From the NCBI RefSeq assembly GCF_003334765.1, contig NZ_QOWT01000008.1: a stretch of DNA of 64,000 nt. One strand, given 5' to 3'. The DNA comes from Escherichia coli. GTDB taxonomy: Bacteria; Pseudomonadota; Gammaproteobacteria; Enterobacterales; Enterobacteriaceae. Position 1 is the first letter of the stretch; each line of letters begins with the position of its first letter. This document shows positions 35,709 to 47,936 of this stretch, one piece after another. The position numbers and the translations under genes are program-made. The notes below the pieces were generated by a model that was not told the DNA's origin, ran no database searches, and worked only from the letters and a program-made list of their open reading frames with translations.

Positions 35709-35767
35709 AGTTTTGCGTTTGTCAGCACTCTCAGACCAGCCAGTAACATTACTGACTGGCCTTTTTA

Positions 35768-37072
35768 TTACTTCTGCTTTAACGCCGCATACACCTGATC
35801 AACTACCCAACCATAAGTTGCAATCGGCAACTGACCGCTTTCGAACATATTGGGATTCTTTTGCGGATCGGCAACCGGCGAATGTGGCTTGTTGCTTAAC
35901 ATCACAATCGTCATATGATTCACCGGATCGATAACGGTCACCGTTCCGGTCCAGCCAGTGTGACCGTAGGTTTGCGGGCTTGCCAGCGTGCCAAACGTCG
36001 GCGTCATGGTGGCATTACCATTCACGCGCCAGCCGAGGCCAAAAGTGGCATCTTCCTTAGAGCTGGTGGTGAACATCTTCACCGTTTCCGCATTGAACAG
36101 CTGCACATCACCATAGCCCCCGCCGTTCAGCATCGTTTGCATTAACACCGCAATATCGCCGGTATTGGAAAACAAACCTGCGTGCCCGGAAACGCCGCCC
36201 ATCGAATAAAAGGCTTTTTCATCGTGCACCTGACCCCAGAGAGTGGAGGTGCGGATATTCGGGAAATGGATCACGCCATCGCGGGTATTGCCGTTCAATT
36301 CCGTGGCGGCAATTTGTTGCGGTTTAAAGCCTTTCAGCAGCGGGTTAAATACCGTATGTGTCAGGCCGAGCGGGCGATAAATCGACTCTTCAACATAGCG
36401 GTCAAGCGGCTGACCGGTAACCGACTCGACGATAAATCCAAGCAGCATATAATCGACATCGCTGTAGATATGTTTGCTGCCGGGCTGATATTCCAGCGGC
36501 GTGCGCTTGATCATCTCCAGCGTCTGGCCTTTATCCTGGGAATATAACGCGCCCGCGACCGCTTTATTCGGGTATTGCGGATCTGCCGGGAAACCGCCGC
36601 TGTGATGCAGCAGGTCAGAAATCCGCAGGGTGTTTTTGCCTTTAATGGTGTCATTTGGACTATCGGCAAACCCCGGAATATATTTCGCAATCCGATCGTC
36701 AGGATGCAGTTTGCCTTCGCTCATCAGCTTTTGCAGGGCGAAGTTCGTGGCGTACATTTTGGTGTTTGAGGCCAGGTCATACAGCGTCCCGGTGGTGGCT
36801 TTGACAGGCTGTTCCATCAACACGCTGCCATCGTACTTTTTCGCCGCTCCCCAGGCTTTGCGATACACAATCTGATTATCTTTAATGATCAGCAGGTTTA
36901 CGCTGGGATAACCGACATCAACTTGCTGGCTAATCCAGCGATCCATCTGGTTAAGCCGTTCGACGTTAAACCCTGCTTTCTCTGGCGAGCTTTCTGTCAG
37001 AACAGGGTATTTTGCGGCGCTGACGCTACAACTAACAGCCAGCAGAGAAAGATAGAGCATTGTCCGTTTCAT
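35768..37072 (-). CDS. yfeW: penicillin-binding protein 4B (class C beta-lactamase-like DD-peptidase)
   Basis: Internal start MKRTMLYLSLLAVSCSVSA gives 434 aa with signal peptide; start choice moderately certain. Confidence 0.85.
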   Translation of the reverse strand: MKRTMLYLSLLAVSCSVSAAKYPVLTESSPEKAGFNVERLNQMDRWISQQVDVGYPSVNLLIIKDNQIVYRKAWGAAKKYDGSVLMEQPVKATTGTLYDLASNTKMYATNFALQKLMSEGKLHPDDRIAKYIPGFADSPNDTIKGKNTLRISDLLHHSGGFPADPQYPNKAVAGALYSQDKGQTLEMIKRTPLEYQPGSKHIYSDVDYMLLGFIVESVTGQPLDRYVEESIYRPLGLTHTVFNPLLKGFKPQQIAATELNGNTRDGVIHFPNIRTSTLWGQVHDEKAFYSMGGVSGHAGLFSNTGDIAVLMQTMLNGGGYGDVQLFNAETVKMFTTSSKEDATFGLGWRVNGNATMTPTFGTLASPQTYGHTGWTGTVTVIDPVNHMTIVMLSNKPHSPVADPQKNPNMFESGQLPIATYGWVVDQVYAALKQK

Positions 37073-37076
37073 GATA

Positions 37077-38501
<1,425 letters not shown>

Positions 38502-38504
38502 GGG

Positions 38505-39401
38505 TTATTCCTTGTCTAAAACCTGACGAATAAAGCCGCCGTGTTGATCCAGGCGTTTTTTAGCTTCTGCGGCATCGAGATTTTTCAGCACCATCACAAT
38601 GGCCGTTTTACAGTTGCGCTCGCAAGCAATTAACGCCGCTTCCGCTTGCTCTGCGCTACATCCGGTGGCGTTTTTAACAATATTGACCTGTCGCACATGC
38701 AGTTTTTCGTTGGTGGCGACCACATCGACCATCAGGTTGCCGAACACTTTGCCGGATTTAATCATCAGCCCGGTGGAAAGCATATTGAGCACCAGTTTCT
38801 GCGCTGTACCTGCTTTCATCCGCGAAGAACCGGTAACAACTTCGGCACCTACAATCGGTGTAATGGCAAACTCAGCGGTGGTTGAAACGGCGCTCCCCGG
38901 ATTACAGGAAATTCCCACTGTGCGGCAGCCGAGCTGGCGTGCGTATTCCAGTCCGGCAATCACATACGGCGTGCGACCGCTGGCAGCAATGCCAACCACC
39001 ACATCCTGTGCCGTTAAATTAATATTTTTCAGATCATTAACACCGCCTTCCCGGCTATCTTCCGCGCCTTCCACCGCGTGCTGAATGGCATATTCGCCGC
39101 CAGCAATCAAACCAACCACCAGACCCGGTTTCACGCCGTAGGTGGGCGGACATTCGCTGGCATCCAGAATCCCCAGACGACCGGATGTTCCCGCACCGAG
39201 GTAAATCAGACGCCCGCCGCCGCTTACCTGGGCGTGGATAACATCGATCGCCGCGGCGATATCCGGCAGTACGCGCTCAACGGCAAGCGGTACGGTTTTA
39301 TCTTCATCGTTGATAATCCGGCACATTTCCAGCGTCGATACGCGGTCAATTTCAGCCGAGGCGGTGTTCGAGCCTTCAGTAATCATCTTTTCAAATTGCA
39401 T
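38505..39401 (-). CDS. murQ: N-acetylmuramic acid 6-phosphate etherase (SIS domain)
   Basis: 298 aa. Confidence 0.95.
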
Positions 39402-39564
39402 CGGTGGTGACCTTACTATTTACGATCAAATAATTGCAGATGTATGGAATCATATATCCCGAATTGACAGGCTTAAAGGAATCATTGAGTCTACACTCGC
39501 AGAGTGTGAAGAGCGTCATAAGAACTTAAGCGGAATTTATGCTGCCAGCCCAGGAGAGTGGAAG
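39402..39564. promoter_or_regulatory. divergent murQ/murR control region
   Basis: AT-rich 163-bp intergenic region between divergent genes; contains palindrome ACACTC-GCA-GAGTGT at 39493-39507. Confidence 0.4.
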
Positions 39565-40422
39565 ATGTTGTACCTGACGAAAATAAGCAATGCGGGGAGT
39601 GAATTCACCGAAAACGAGCAAAAAATCGCTGACTTTCTGCAGGCCAACGTGAGTGAGCTGCAATCCGTTTCTTCACGGCAGATGGCGAAACAGCTCGGCA
39701 TTAGCCAGTCGAGCATAGTGAAATTTGCCCAAAAACTCGGCGCGCAAGGATTTACTGAATTGCGTATGGCGTTAATAGGCGAATACAGTGCCAGCCGGGA
39801 GAAAACGAATGCCACGGCACTGCACCTGCACAGTTCGATTACCAGTGATGATTCGCTGGAAGTGATCGCGCGCAAACTGAATCGCGAAAAAGAGCTGGCG
39901 CTGGAGCAAACCTGCGCGTTGCTCGATTACGCGCGGCTGCAAAAAATCATTGAGGTCATCAGTAAAGCACCGTTTATCCAGATAACGGGCCTGGGCGGAT
40001 CGGCGCTGGTGGGGCGCGATCTGTCGTTCAAACTGATGAAAATTGGCTATCGCGTGGCCTGCGAAGCCGACACGCACGTACAAGCCACCGTTTCCCAGGC
40101 GTTGAAAAAAGGCGATGTACAAATCGCTATCTCTTACAGCGGCAGTAAAAAAGAGATTGTCTTGTGCGCAGAAGCGGCACGAAAGCAGGGGGCAACGGTG
40201 ATTGCCATTACTTCTCTGACTGACTCTCCGCTGCGGCGGCTGGCGCATTTCACCCTCGATACCGTTTCCGGAGAAACCGAATGGCGTAGCTCGTCGATGT
40301 CTACCCGCACGGCGCAAAATTCTGTTACCGATTTACTGTTTGTTGGCCTTGTGCAACTCAATGATGTGGAGTCATTGAAAATGATTCAGCGCAGCAGTGA
40401 GCTAACACAACGCCTGAAATGA
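39565..40422 (+). CDS. murR: RpiR-family repressor MurR (HTH plus SIS domain)
   Basis: Internal ATG 39565 after GGAGAG gives 285 aa starting [14 protein letters not shown]. Confidence 0.9.
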   Translation: MLYLTKISNAGSEFTENEQKIADFLQANVSELQSVSSRQMAKQLGISQSSIVKFAQKLGAQGFTELRMALIGEYSASREKTNATALHLHSSITSDDSLEVIARKLNREKELALEQTCALLDYARLQKIIEVISKAPFIQITGLGGSALVGRDLSFKLMKIGYRVACEADTHVQATVSQALKKGDVQIAISYSGSKKEIVLCAEAARKQGATVIAITSLTDSPLRRLAHFTLDTVSGETEWRSSSMSTRTAQNSVTDLLFVGLVQLNDVESLKMIQRSSELTQRLK

Positions 40423-40550
40423 TGCATAAAGCAGCGACTGGATTGAGATTTTCCTGAATTAGTGAGCTGATCCGCAGCAATATTTTGTTTATCCTGTATT
40501 TTCAGAGGGAATGGAGTGTAACGCTCTGTATTAACAAGGAGAGCATTAAA

Positions 40551-41342
40551 ATGGGTAAACTCACGGGCAAGACAGCACTGATTACGGGCGCATTGCAGGG
40601 AATTGGCGAAGGAATTGCCAGAACTTTTGCACGTCATGGCGCGAACCTAATCTTGCTGGATATCTCCCCTGAGATCGAAAAGCTGGCGGACGAACTGTGT
40701 GGTCGTGGTCATCGCTGTACGGCGGTTGTCGCCGATGTGCGTGACCCGGCGTCGGTAGCCGCAGCTATCAAACGCGCGAAGGAAAAAGAAGGGCGCATTG
40801 ATATCCTGGTGAATAACGCAGGCGTTTGTCGTCTGGGCAGTTTCCTCGATATGAGCGATGACGATCGCGATTTCCATATTGACATCAATATTAAAGGCGT
40901 ATGGAACGTCACGAAGGCGGTGCTGCCGGAGATGATTGCCCGCAAAGATGGTCGCATTGTGATGATGTCTTCAGTCACTGGTGATATGGTGGCCGATCCT
41001 GGCGAAACGGCGTACGCCTTAACGAAAGCGGCGATTGTTGGCCTGACAAAATCGCTGGCGGTGGAGTACGCGCAGTCTGGTATTCGCGTTAACGCCATTT
41101 GCCCGGGATACGTGCGCACACCAATGGCGGAAAGCATTGCCCGCCAGTCGAACCCGGAAGATCCAGAGTCGGTGCTGACTGAAATGGCGAAAGCAATCCC
41201 GATGCGTCGCCTCGCCGATCCGCTGGAAGTCGGCGAACTGGCGGCCTTCCTCGCATCGGATGAATCCAGCTATTTAACTGGTACACAGAATGTGATTGAT
41301 GGCGGCAGCACACTGCCGGAGACGGTTAGCGTCGGTATCTGA
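40551..41342 (+). CDS. ucpA: short-chain dehydrogenase/reductase UcpA
   Basis: ATG 40551 after AAGGAGAG gives 263 aa; TGALQGIGEGIA Rossmann motif. Confidence 0.88.
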   Translation: MGKLTGKTALITGALQGIGEGIARTFARHGANLILLDISPEIEKLADELCGRGHRCTAVVADVRDPASVAAAIKRAKEKEGRIDILVNNAGVCRLGSFLDMSDDDRDFHIDINIKGVWNVTKAVLPEMIARKDGRIVMMSSVTGDMVADPGETAYALTKAAIVGLTKSLAVEYAQSGIRVNAICPGYVRTPMAESIARQSNPEDPESVLTEMAKAIPMRRLADPLEVGELAAFLASDESSYLTGTQNVIDGGSTLPETVSVGI

Positions 41343-41378
41343 TTCACCTCTGTTTCCTCCCTGCATTTGTGGGGAGGA

Positions 41379-41645
41379 TTTCGTCTTGAACTAAGTTCAC
41401 CAGGCTATTTTATTTGTCATTTTGGCCCCGGGCAGTGCTCGAAATCCTCACGTACTATGTGTACGCTCCGGTTTCTCCGCGCTGTTCGTGTCCAAACTGA
41501 CTGCAACAATTACGCCTGTTGAACCAAGTTCTTATTCCCTTTTCAACTTCCAAATCACCAAACGGTATATAAAACCGTTACTCCTTTCACGTCCGTTATA
41601 AATATGATGGCTATTAGAAAGTCATTAAATTTATAAGGGTGCGCA
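41379..41645 (+). promoter_or_regulatory. cysP upstream control region (expected CysB-dependent promoter)
   Basis: Region-level call from position upstream of cysPUWAM; contains IR AACGGT-N7-ACCGTT at 41559-41577. Confidence 0.4.
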
Positions 41646-42662
41646 ATGGCCGTTAACTTACTGAAAAAGAACTCACTCGCGCTGGTCGCTTCTCTGCTGC
41701 TGGCGGGCCATGTACAGGCAACGGAACTGCTGAACAGTTCTTATGACGTCTCCCGCGAGCTGTTTGCCGCCCTGAATCCGCCGTTTGAGCAACAATGGGC
41801 AAAAGATAACGGCGGCGACAAACTGACGATAAAACAATCTCATGCCGGGTCATCAAAACAGGCGCTGGCGATTTTACAGGGCTTAAAAGCCGACGTTGTC
41901 ACTTATAACCAGGTGACCGACGTACAAATCCTGCACGATAAAGGCAAGCTGATCCCGGCCGACTGGCAGTCGCGCCTGCCGAATAATAGCTCGCCGTTCT
42001 ACTCCACCATGGGCTTCCTGGTGCGTAAGGGTAACCCGAAGAATATCCACGATTGGAACGACCTGGTGCGCTCCGACGTGAAGCTGATTTTCCCGAACCC
42101 GAAAACGTCGGGTAACGCGCGTTATACCTATCTGGCGGCATGGGGCGCAGCGGATAAAGCTGACGGTGGTGACAAAGGCAAAACCGAACAGTTTATGACC
42201 CAGTTCCTGAAAAACGTTGAAGTGTTCGATACTGGCGGTCGTGGCGCGACCACCACTTTTGCCGAGCGCGGCCTGGGCGATGTGCTGATTAGCTTCGAAT
42301 CGGAAGTGAACAACATCCGTAAACAGTATGAAGCGCAGGGCTTTGAAGTGGTGATTCCGAAAACCAACATTCTGGCGGAATTCCCGGTGGCGTGGGTTGA
42401 TAAAAACGTGCAGGCCAACGGTACGGAAAAAGCCGCCAAAGCCTATCTGAACTGGCTCTATAGCCCGCAGGCGCAAACCATCATCACCGACTATTACTAC
42501 CGCGTGAATAACCCGGAGGTGATGGACAAACTGAAAGACAAATTCCCGCAGACCGAGCTGTTCCGCGTGGAAGACAAATTTGGCTCCTGGCCGGAAGTGA
42601 TGAAAACCCACTTCACCAGCGGCGGCGAGTTAGACAAGCTGTTAGCGGCGGGGCGTAACTGA
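41646..42662 (+). CDS. cysP: thiosulfate/sulfate periplasmic binding protein
   Basis: 338 aa with signal peptide. Confidence 0.96.
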
Positions 42663-43495
42663 TGTTTGCTGTCTCCTCCAGACGCGTGCTGCCGGGCTTT
42701 ACCTTAAGCCTCGGCACCAGTCTGCTGTTTGTGTGCCTGATTTTGCTGCTGCCGCTCTCCGCGCTGGTGATGCAACTGGCCCAGATGAGCTGGGCGCAGT
42801 ACTGGGAGGTGATCACCAACCCGCAGGTGGTCGCGGCCTACAAAGTAACGCTGCTGTCGGCGTTTGTGGCATCGATTTTTAACGGCGTTTTCGGTCTGCT
42901 GATGGCGTGGATCCTAACCCGCTATCGCTTCCCAGGCCGCACGCTGCTTGATGCGCTGATGGATTTACCCTTTGCGCTGCCAACGGCTGTCGCCGGTTTA
43001 ACGCTGGCCTCGCTCTTTTCCGTAAACGGTTTTTACGGTGAATGGCTGGCGAAGTTTGATATCAAAGTCACCTATACATGGCTGGGGATTGCGGTGGCTA
43101 TGGCCTTTACCAGCATTCCGTTTGTGGTGCGTACCGTGCAGCCGGTGCTGGAAGAGTTAGGCCCGGAATATGAAGAAGCGGCGGAAACGCTTGGTGCAAC
43201 GCGCTGGCAGAGTTTCTGCAAAGTGGTGCTGCCGGAGCTTTCTCCGGCGCTGGTGGCGGGCGTGGCGCTGTCGTTTACCCGTAGTCTTGGTGAATTTGGC
43301 GCGGTGATTTTTATCGCCGGAAATATCGCGTGGAAGACGGAAGTGACGTCGCTGATGATTTTTGTGCGCTTACAGGAGTTTGATTACCCGGCAGCGAGCG
43401 CGATTGCTTCGGTGATCCTCGCGGCATCTCTGCTGCTGCTGTTCTCAATTAACACTCTGCAAAGTCGCTTTGGTCGGCGTGTGGTAGGTCATTAA
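42662..43495 (+). CDS. cysU: sulfate/thiosulfate ABC permease CysU (CysT)
   Basis: 277 aa; 1-nt overlap with cysP. Confidence 0.96.
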   Translation: MFAVSSRRVLPGFTLSLGTSLLFVCLILLLPLSALVMQLAQMSWAQYWEVITNPQVVAAYKVTLLSAFVASIFNGVFGLLMAWILTRYRFPGRTLLDALMDLPFALPTAVAGLTLASLFSVNGFYGEWLAKFDIKVTYTWLGIAVAMAFTSIPFVVRTVQPVLEELGPEYEEAAETLGATRWQSFCKVVLPELSPALVAGVALSFTRSLGEFGAVIFIAGNIAWKTEVTSLMIFVRLQEFDYPAASAIASVILAASLLLLFSINTLQSRFGRRVVGH

Positions 43496-44370
43496 TGGCG
43501 GAAGTTACCCAATTGAAGCGTTATGACGCGCGCCCGATTAACTGGGGCAAATGGTTTCTGATTGGCATCGGGATGCTGGTTTCGGCGTTCATCCTGCTGG
43601 TGCCGATGATTTACATCTTCGTGCAGGCATTCAGCAAGGGGCTGATGCCGGTTTTACAGAATCTGGCCGATCCGGACATGCTGCACGCCATCTGGCTGAC
43701 GGTGATGATCGCGCTGATTGCCGTACCGGTAAACCTGGTGTTCGGCATTCTGCTGGCCTGGCTGGTGACGCGCTTTAACTTCCCTGGACGCCAGTTACTG
43801 CTGACGCTACTGGACATTCCGTTTGCCGTATCGCCGGTGGTTGCCGGTCTGGTGTATTTGCTGTTCTACGGCTCTAACGGCCCGCTCGGCGGTTGGCTCG
43901 ACGAGCATAACCTGCAAATTATGTTCTCCTGGCCGGGAATGGTGCTGGTCACCATCTTCGTGACGTGTCCGTTTGTGGTGCGCGAACTGGTGCCGGTGAT
44001 GTTAAGCCAGGGCAGCCAGGAAGACGAAGCGGCGATTTTGCTTGGCGCGTCCGGCTGGCAGATGTTCCGTCGCGTCACATTACCGAACATCCGCTGGGCG
44101 CTGCTTTATGGCGTGGTGTTGACCAACGCCCGCGCAATTGGCGAGTTTGGCGCGGTGTCGGTGGTTTCCGGCTCGATTCGCGGCGAAACCCTGTCGCTGC
44201 CGTTACAGATTGAATTGCTGGAGCAGGACTACAACACCGTCGGCTCCTTTACCGCTGCGGCGCTGTTAACGCTGATGGCGATTATCACCCTGTTTTTAAA
44301 AAGTATGTTGCAGTGGCGCCTGGAGAATCAGGAAAAACGCGCACAGCAGGAGGAACATCATGAGCATTGA
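43495..44370 (+). CDS. cysW: sulfate/thiosulfate ABC permease CysW
   Basis: 291 aa; 1-nt overlap with cysU. Confidence 0.96.
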   Translation: MAEVTQLKRYDARPINWGKWFLIGIGMLVSAFILLVPMIYIFVQAFSKGLMPVLQNLADPDMLHAIWLTVMIALIAVPVNLVFGILLAWLVTRFNFPGRQLLLTLLDIPFAVSPVVAGLVYLLFYGSNGPLGGWLDEHNLQIMFSWPGMVLVTIFVTCPFVVRELVPVMLSQGSQEDEAAILLGASGWQMFRRVTLPNIRWALLYGVVLTNARAIGEFGAVSVVSGSIRGETLSLPLQIELLEQDYNTVGSFTAAALLTLMAIITLFLKSMLQWRLENQEKRAQQEEHHEH

Positions 44371-45457
44371 GATTGCCAATATTAAGAAGTCGTTTGGTCG
44401 CACCCAGGTGCTGAACGATATCTCACTGGATATTCCTTCAGGTCAGATGGTCGCGTTGCTGGGGCCGTCCGGTTCCGGGAAAACCACGCTGCTGCGCATT
44501 ATCGCCGGGCTGGAGCATCAAACCAGCGGGCATATTCGCTTCCACGGCACCGACGTGAGCCGCCTGCACGCACGTGATCGTAAAGTCGGTTTCGTGTTCC
44601 AGCATTACGCGCTGTTCCGCCATATGACGGTGTTCGACAATATCGCTTTTGGCCTGACGGTGCTGCCGCGTCGCGAGCGCCCGAATGCCGCAGCCATCAA
44701 AGCGAAAGTGACAAAATTGCTGGAAATGGTCCAGCTTGCCCATCTGGCGGATCGTTATCCGGCGCAGCTTTCCGGCGGCCAGAAACAGCGCGTGGCGCTG
44801 GCGCGCGCGCTGGCTGTGGAACCGCAAATTCTGCTGCTTGATGAACCGTTTGGCGCGCTGGATGCGCAGGTGCGTAAAGAGCTGCGTCGCTGGCTGCGTC
44901 AACTCCATGAAGAACTAAAATTCACCAGCGTTTTTGTGACCCACGATCAGGAAGAAGCGACCGAAGTAGCTGATCGTGTAGTTGTGATGAGCCAGGGCAA
45001 TATTGAACAGGCTGACGCGCCGGATCAGGTATGGCGCGAACCGGCGACCCGTTTTGTGCTCGAATTTATGGGCGAAGTGAACCGCCTGCAGGGAACCATT
45101 CGCGGCGGGCAGTTCCATGTTGGCGCGCATCGCTGGCCGCTGGGCTACACACCTGCGTATCAGGGGCCGGTGGATCTCTTCCTGCGCCCTTGGGAAGTGG
45201 ATATCAGCCGCCGTACCAGCCTCGATTCGCCGCTGCCGGTACAGGTACTGGAAGCCAGCCCGAAAGGTCACTACACCCAATTAGTGGTGCAGCCGCTGGG
45301 GTGGTACAACGAACCGCTGACGGTCGTGATGCATGGCGACGATGCCCCGCAGCGTGGCGAGCGTTTATTCGTTGGTCTGCAACATGCGCGGCTGTATAAC
45401 GGCGACGAGCGTATCGAAACCCGCGATGAGGAACTTGCTCTCGCACAAAGCGCCTGA
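44360..45457 (+). CDS. cysA: sulfate/thiosulfate ABC ATPase CysA
   Basis: 365 aa; Walker [10 protein letters not shown] and signature [15 protein letters not shown]. Confidence 0.96.
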   Translation: MSIEIANIKKSFGRTQVLNDISLDIPSGQMVALLGPSGSGKTTLLRIIAGLEHQTSGHIRFHGTDVSRLHARDRKVGFVFQHYALFRHMTVFDNIAFGLTVLPRRERPNAAAIKAKVTKLLEMVQLAHLADRYPAQLSGGQKQRVALARALAVEPQILLLDEPFGALDAQVRKELRRWLRQLHEELKFTSVFVTHDQEEATEVADRVVVMSQGNIEQADAPDQVWREPATRFVLEFMGEVNRLQGTIRGGQFHVGAHRWPLGYTPAYQGPVDLFLRPWEVDISRRTSLDSPLPVQVLEASPKGHYTQLVVQPLGWYNEPLTVVMHGDDAPQRGERLFVGLQHARLYNGDERIETRDEELALAQSA

Positions 45458-45478
45458 TAGGTTGAGTGAATGTTAAAC

Positions 45479-45511
45479 GCCCGGAGGCGCTTCCCGCGAT
45501 CCGGGCTTTTT
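45479..45511 (+). terminator. candidate hairpin plus T-tract after cysA (possible attenuator before cysM)
   Basis: GCCCGGA...TCCGGGC stem followed by TTTTT. Confidence 0.45.
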
Positions 45512-45531
45512 AATGGCAAGGTTTGTAACCT

Positions 45532-45567
45532 GTAGACCTGATAAGACGCGCAAGCGTCGCATCAGGC
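45532..45567. repeat. REP element
   Basis: GTAGACCTGATAAGACGCGCAAGCGTCGCATCAGGC palindrome. Confidence 0.7.
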
Positions 45568-45590
45568 AACACCACGTATGGATAGAGATC

Positions 45591-46502
45591 GTGAGTACAT
45601 TAGAACAAACAATAGGCAATACGCCTCTGGTGAAGTTGCAGCGAATGGGGCCGGATAACGGCAGTGAAGTGTGGTTAAAACTGGAAGGCAATAACCCGGC
45701 AGGTTCGGTGAAAGATCGTGCGGCACTTTCGATGATCGTCGAGGCGGAAAAGCGCGGGGAAATTAAACCGGGTGATGTCTTAATCGAAGCCACCAGTGGT
45801 AACACCGGCATTGCGCTGGCAATGATTGCCGCGCTGAAAGGCTATCGCATGAAATTGCTGATGCCCGACAACATGAGCCAGGAACGCCGTGCGGCGATGC
45901 GTGCTTATGGTGCGGAACTGATTCTTGTCACCAAAGAGCAGGGCATGGAAGGTGCGCGCGATCTGGCGCTGGAGATGGCGAATCGTGGCGAAGGAAAGCT
46001 GCTCGATCAGTTCAATAATCCCGATAACCCTTATGCGCATTACACCACCACTGGGCCGGAAATCTGGCAGCAAACCGGCGGGCGCATCACTCATTTTGTC
46101 TCCAGCATGGGGACGACCGGCACTATCACCGGCGTCTCACGCTTTATGCGCGAACAATCCAAACCGGTGACCATTGTCGGCCTGCAACCGGAAGAGGGCA
46201 GCAGCATTCCCGGCATTCGCCGCTGGCCTACGGAATATCTGCCGGGGATTTTCAACGCTTCTCTGGTGGATGAGGTGCTGGATATTCATCAGCGCGATGC
46301 GGAAAACACCATGCGCGAACTGGCGGTGCGGGAAGGAATATTCTGTGGCGTCAGCTCCGGCGGCGCGGTTGCCGGAGCACTGCGGGTGGCAAAAGCTAAC
46401 CCTGACGCGGTGGTGGTGGCGATCATCTGCGATCGTGGCGATCGCTACCTTTCTACCGGGGTGTTTGGGGAAGAGCATTTTAGCCAGGGGGCGGGGATTT
46501 AA
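45591..46502 (+). CDS. cysM: cysteine synthase B (O-acetylserine sulfhydrylase B)
   Basis: GTG start 45591 gives 303 aa starting (M)STLEQTIGNTPLVKLQRM; PLP lysine motif SVKDR. Confidence 0.92.
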   Translation: MSTLEQTIGNTPLVKLQRMGPDNGSEVWLKLEGNNPAGSVKDRAALSMIVEAEKRGEIKPGDVLIEATSGNTGIALAMIAALKGYRMKLLMPDNMSQERRAAMRAYGAELILVTKEQGMEGARDLALEMANRGEGKLLDQFNNPDNPYAHYTTTGPEIWQQTGGRITHFVSSMGTTGTITGVSRFMREQSKPVTIVGLQPEEGSSIPGIRRWPTEYLPGIFNASLVDEVLDIHQRDAENTMRELAVREGIFCGVSSGGAVAGALRVAKANPDAVVVAIICDRGDRYLSTGVFGEEHFSQGAGI

Positions 46503-46541
46503 GGATTAATAGCATCGGAGACTGATGACAAACGCAAAACT

Positions 46542-46639
<98 letters not shown>

Positions 46640-46690
46640 ATAAACAAAGCGCACTTTTTTAACAGTTGTTGCTGCCGACAAATGCAGTAT

Positions 46691-47425
46691 TTAATTTTCG
46701 TGAGGAAACGCCGTAAGGTCATCAATCATTTTTTGAAGTATTGGTGAGTCCTGACCGTCACCCCATTGAAGAATTTTTGCGGTAAGCTGATGACGCGCTA
46801 GTGCATTGAGTCCCATCTTTTTAAGTTTATGGGAGATTTTACCCATGACTTTAATCTGACCGAATGCAGTTGCGTAGGTAATCATATTGCTCTGGATAGT
46901 GCTCATTTCATCGACTAGTAATTGCGCACGAACATCCTCTTCAAGAATACTGTCCATAGCGATGTATTTCATACCCCACATAGTTTCAATTAACATTTGA
47001 GGGAAATCAGCACAGTCCAGATCCGGCTCTTTACGGAGGCTATTTTCAAGAACGTTTAGAGCATCAGCACCTTCATCGCTGCCAAAAGGAGATTCTTCAT
47101 CCCAGCAACACATATAAAGTGGATCAGTAAAATGGCACTGGAAGTTTGGGTGTGACGTTTTAACATGTAACCCAATTTCTTCATCATCAAAATAGTAGCG
47201 ATCCATGAAGTTAAACTTTGGATCTTCTTGATAGCCTTTCTTCATTTTTGCGGCAATCAATTTACTGGCTTCTTTCAGACACTGTTCTTCATTATCGAAC
47301 TCTTTTGTCTGGAATTTACCAATACTACCTACCTTGCCATAGTTGACAGCTAAACTATCCCCTTCGTAATCTATCCACCAAAATTTATTCGATTTTTCAT
47401 CGTGATAAATAAAGCGTTTTTTCAT
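46691..47425 (-). CDS. yfeS: WGR-domain protein YfeS (function unknown)
   Basis: 244 aa; N-terminal WGR-like region (KFWWIDYEGDSLAVNYGKVGSIGK...KGY); coding sequence visibly AT-rich. Confidence 0.85.
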   Translation of the reverse strand: MKKRFIYHDEKSNKFWWIDYEGDSLAVNYGKVGSIGKFQTKEFDNEEQCLKEASKLIAAKMKKGYQEDPKFNFMDRYYFDDEEIGLHVKTSHPNFQCHFTDPLYMCCWDEESPFGSDEGADALNVLENSLRKEPDLDCADFPQMLIETMWGMKYIAMDSILEEDVRAQLLVDEMSTIQSNMITYATAFGQIKVMGKISHKLKKMGLNALARHQLTAKILQWGDGQDSPILQKMIDDLTAFPHEN

Positions 47426-47457
47426 GTTACCTCCTGTAAATGCCTTCCCAAAGCGGA

Positions 47458-47832
47458 TTAATTTCCTTCCGCAGGCACCGTTTTATCCGTCTGCGCAATT
47501 AACGCATGTAAAAAAGGCTGTGCGTTCTCATCGCTCTTACCGGGGATCTTCACAATATACGGCTTCCCAGTAATCGATGACGACGAAGCAACCTTATCAA
47601 TAAACTGCTCGGCAGTGTCAATGCGGTTACGGGTATTGCCGAGCTTCAGACGCAGATGAGAAACCGCTTCATAGCAGGTATGTTCATCACCGTTGCGCAC
47701 AAATATCAAATCCTTTTTCTGTGCTAATCCCTCCAGCATGGCGTTGATGCGGGCTTCTTCATGGGCAGTTAACTTCGCGTAAACGGGGAGTGTCATTAGT
47801 AGTGTAATGACCAGACAAATGATTTTCTTCAT
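47458..47832 (-). CDS. yfeK: small exported protein YfeK (function unknown)
   Basis: 124 aa; signal peptide [19 protein letters not shown]; 32 nt upstream of yfeS on the same strand. Confidence 0.8.
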
Positions 47833-47857
47833 TGAATTACCTTATCCTTGTTTTGTG

Positions 47858-47900
<43 letters not shown>

Positions 47901-47936
47901 TTACGATGAGGATCATCGGCAAGGAGAAAAAATTAA

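Noticed and set aside
35596-35934. ORFs spanning REP/BIME sequences (35596-35934, 46499-46681, 23459-23841, 10216-10431) that yield similar peptides such as AGCGVNALSGL
   Set aside because: The shared peptide comes from translating the same REP palindrome in different loci; this is repeat DNA, not a gene family.
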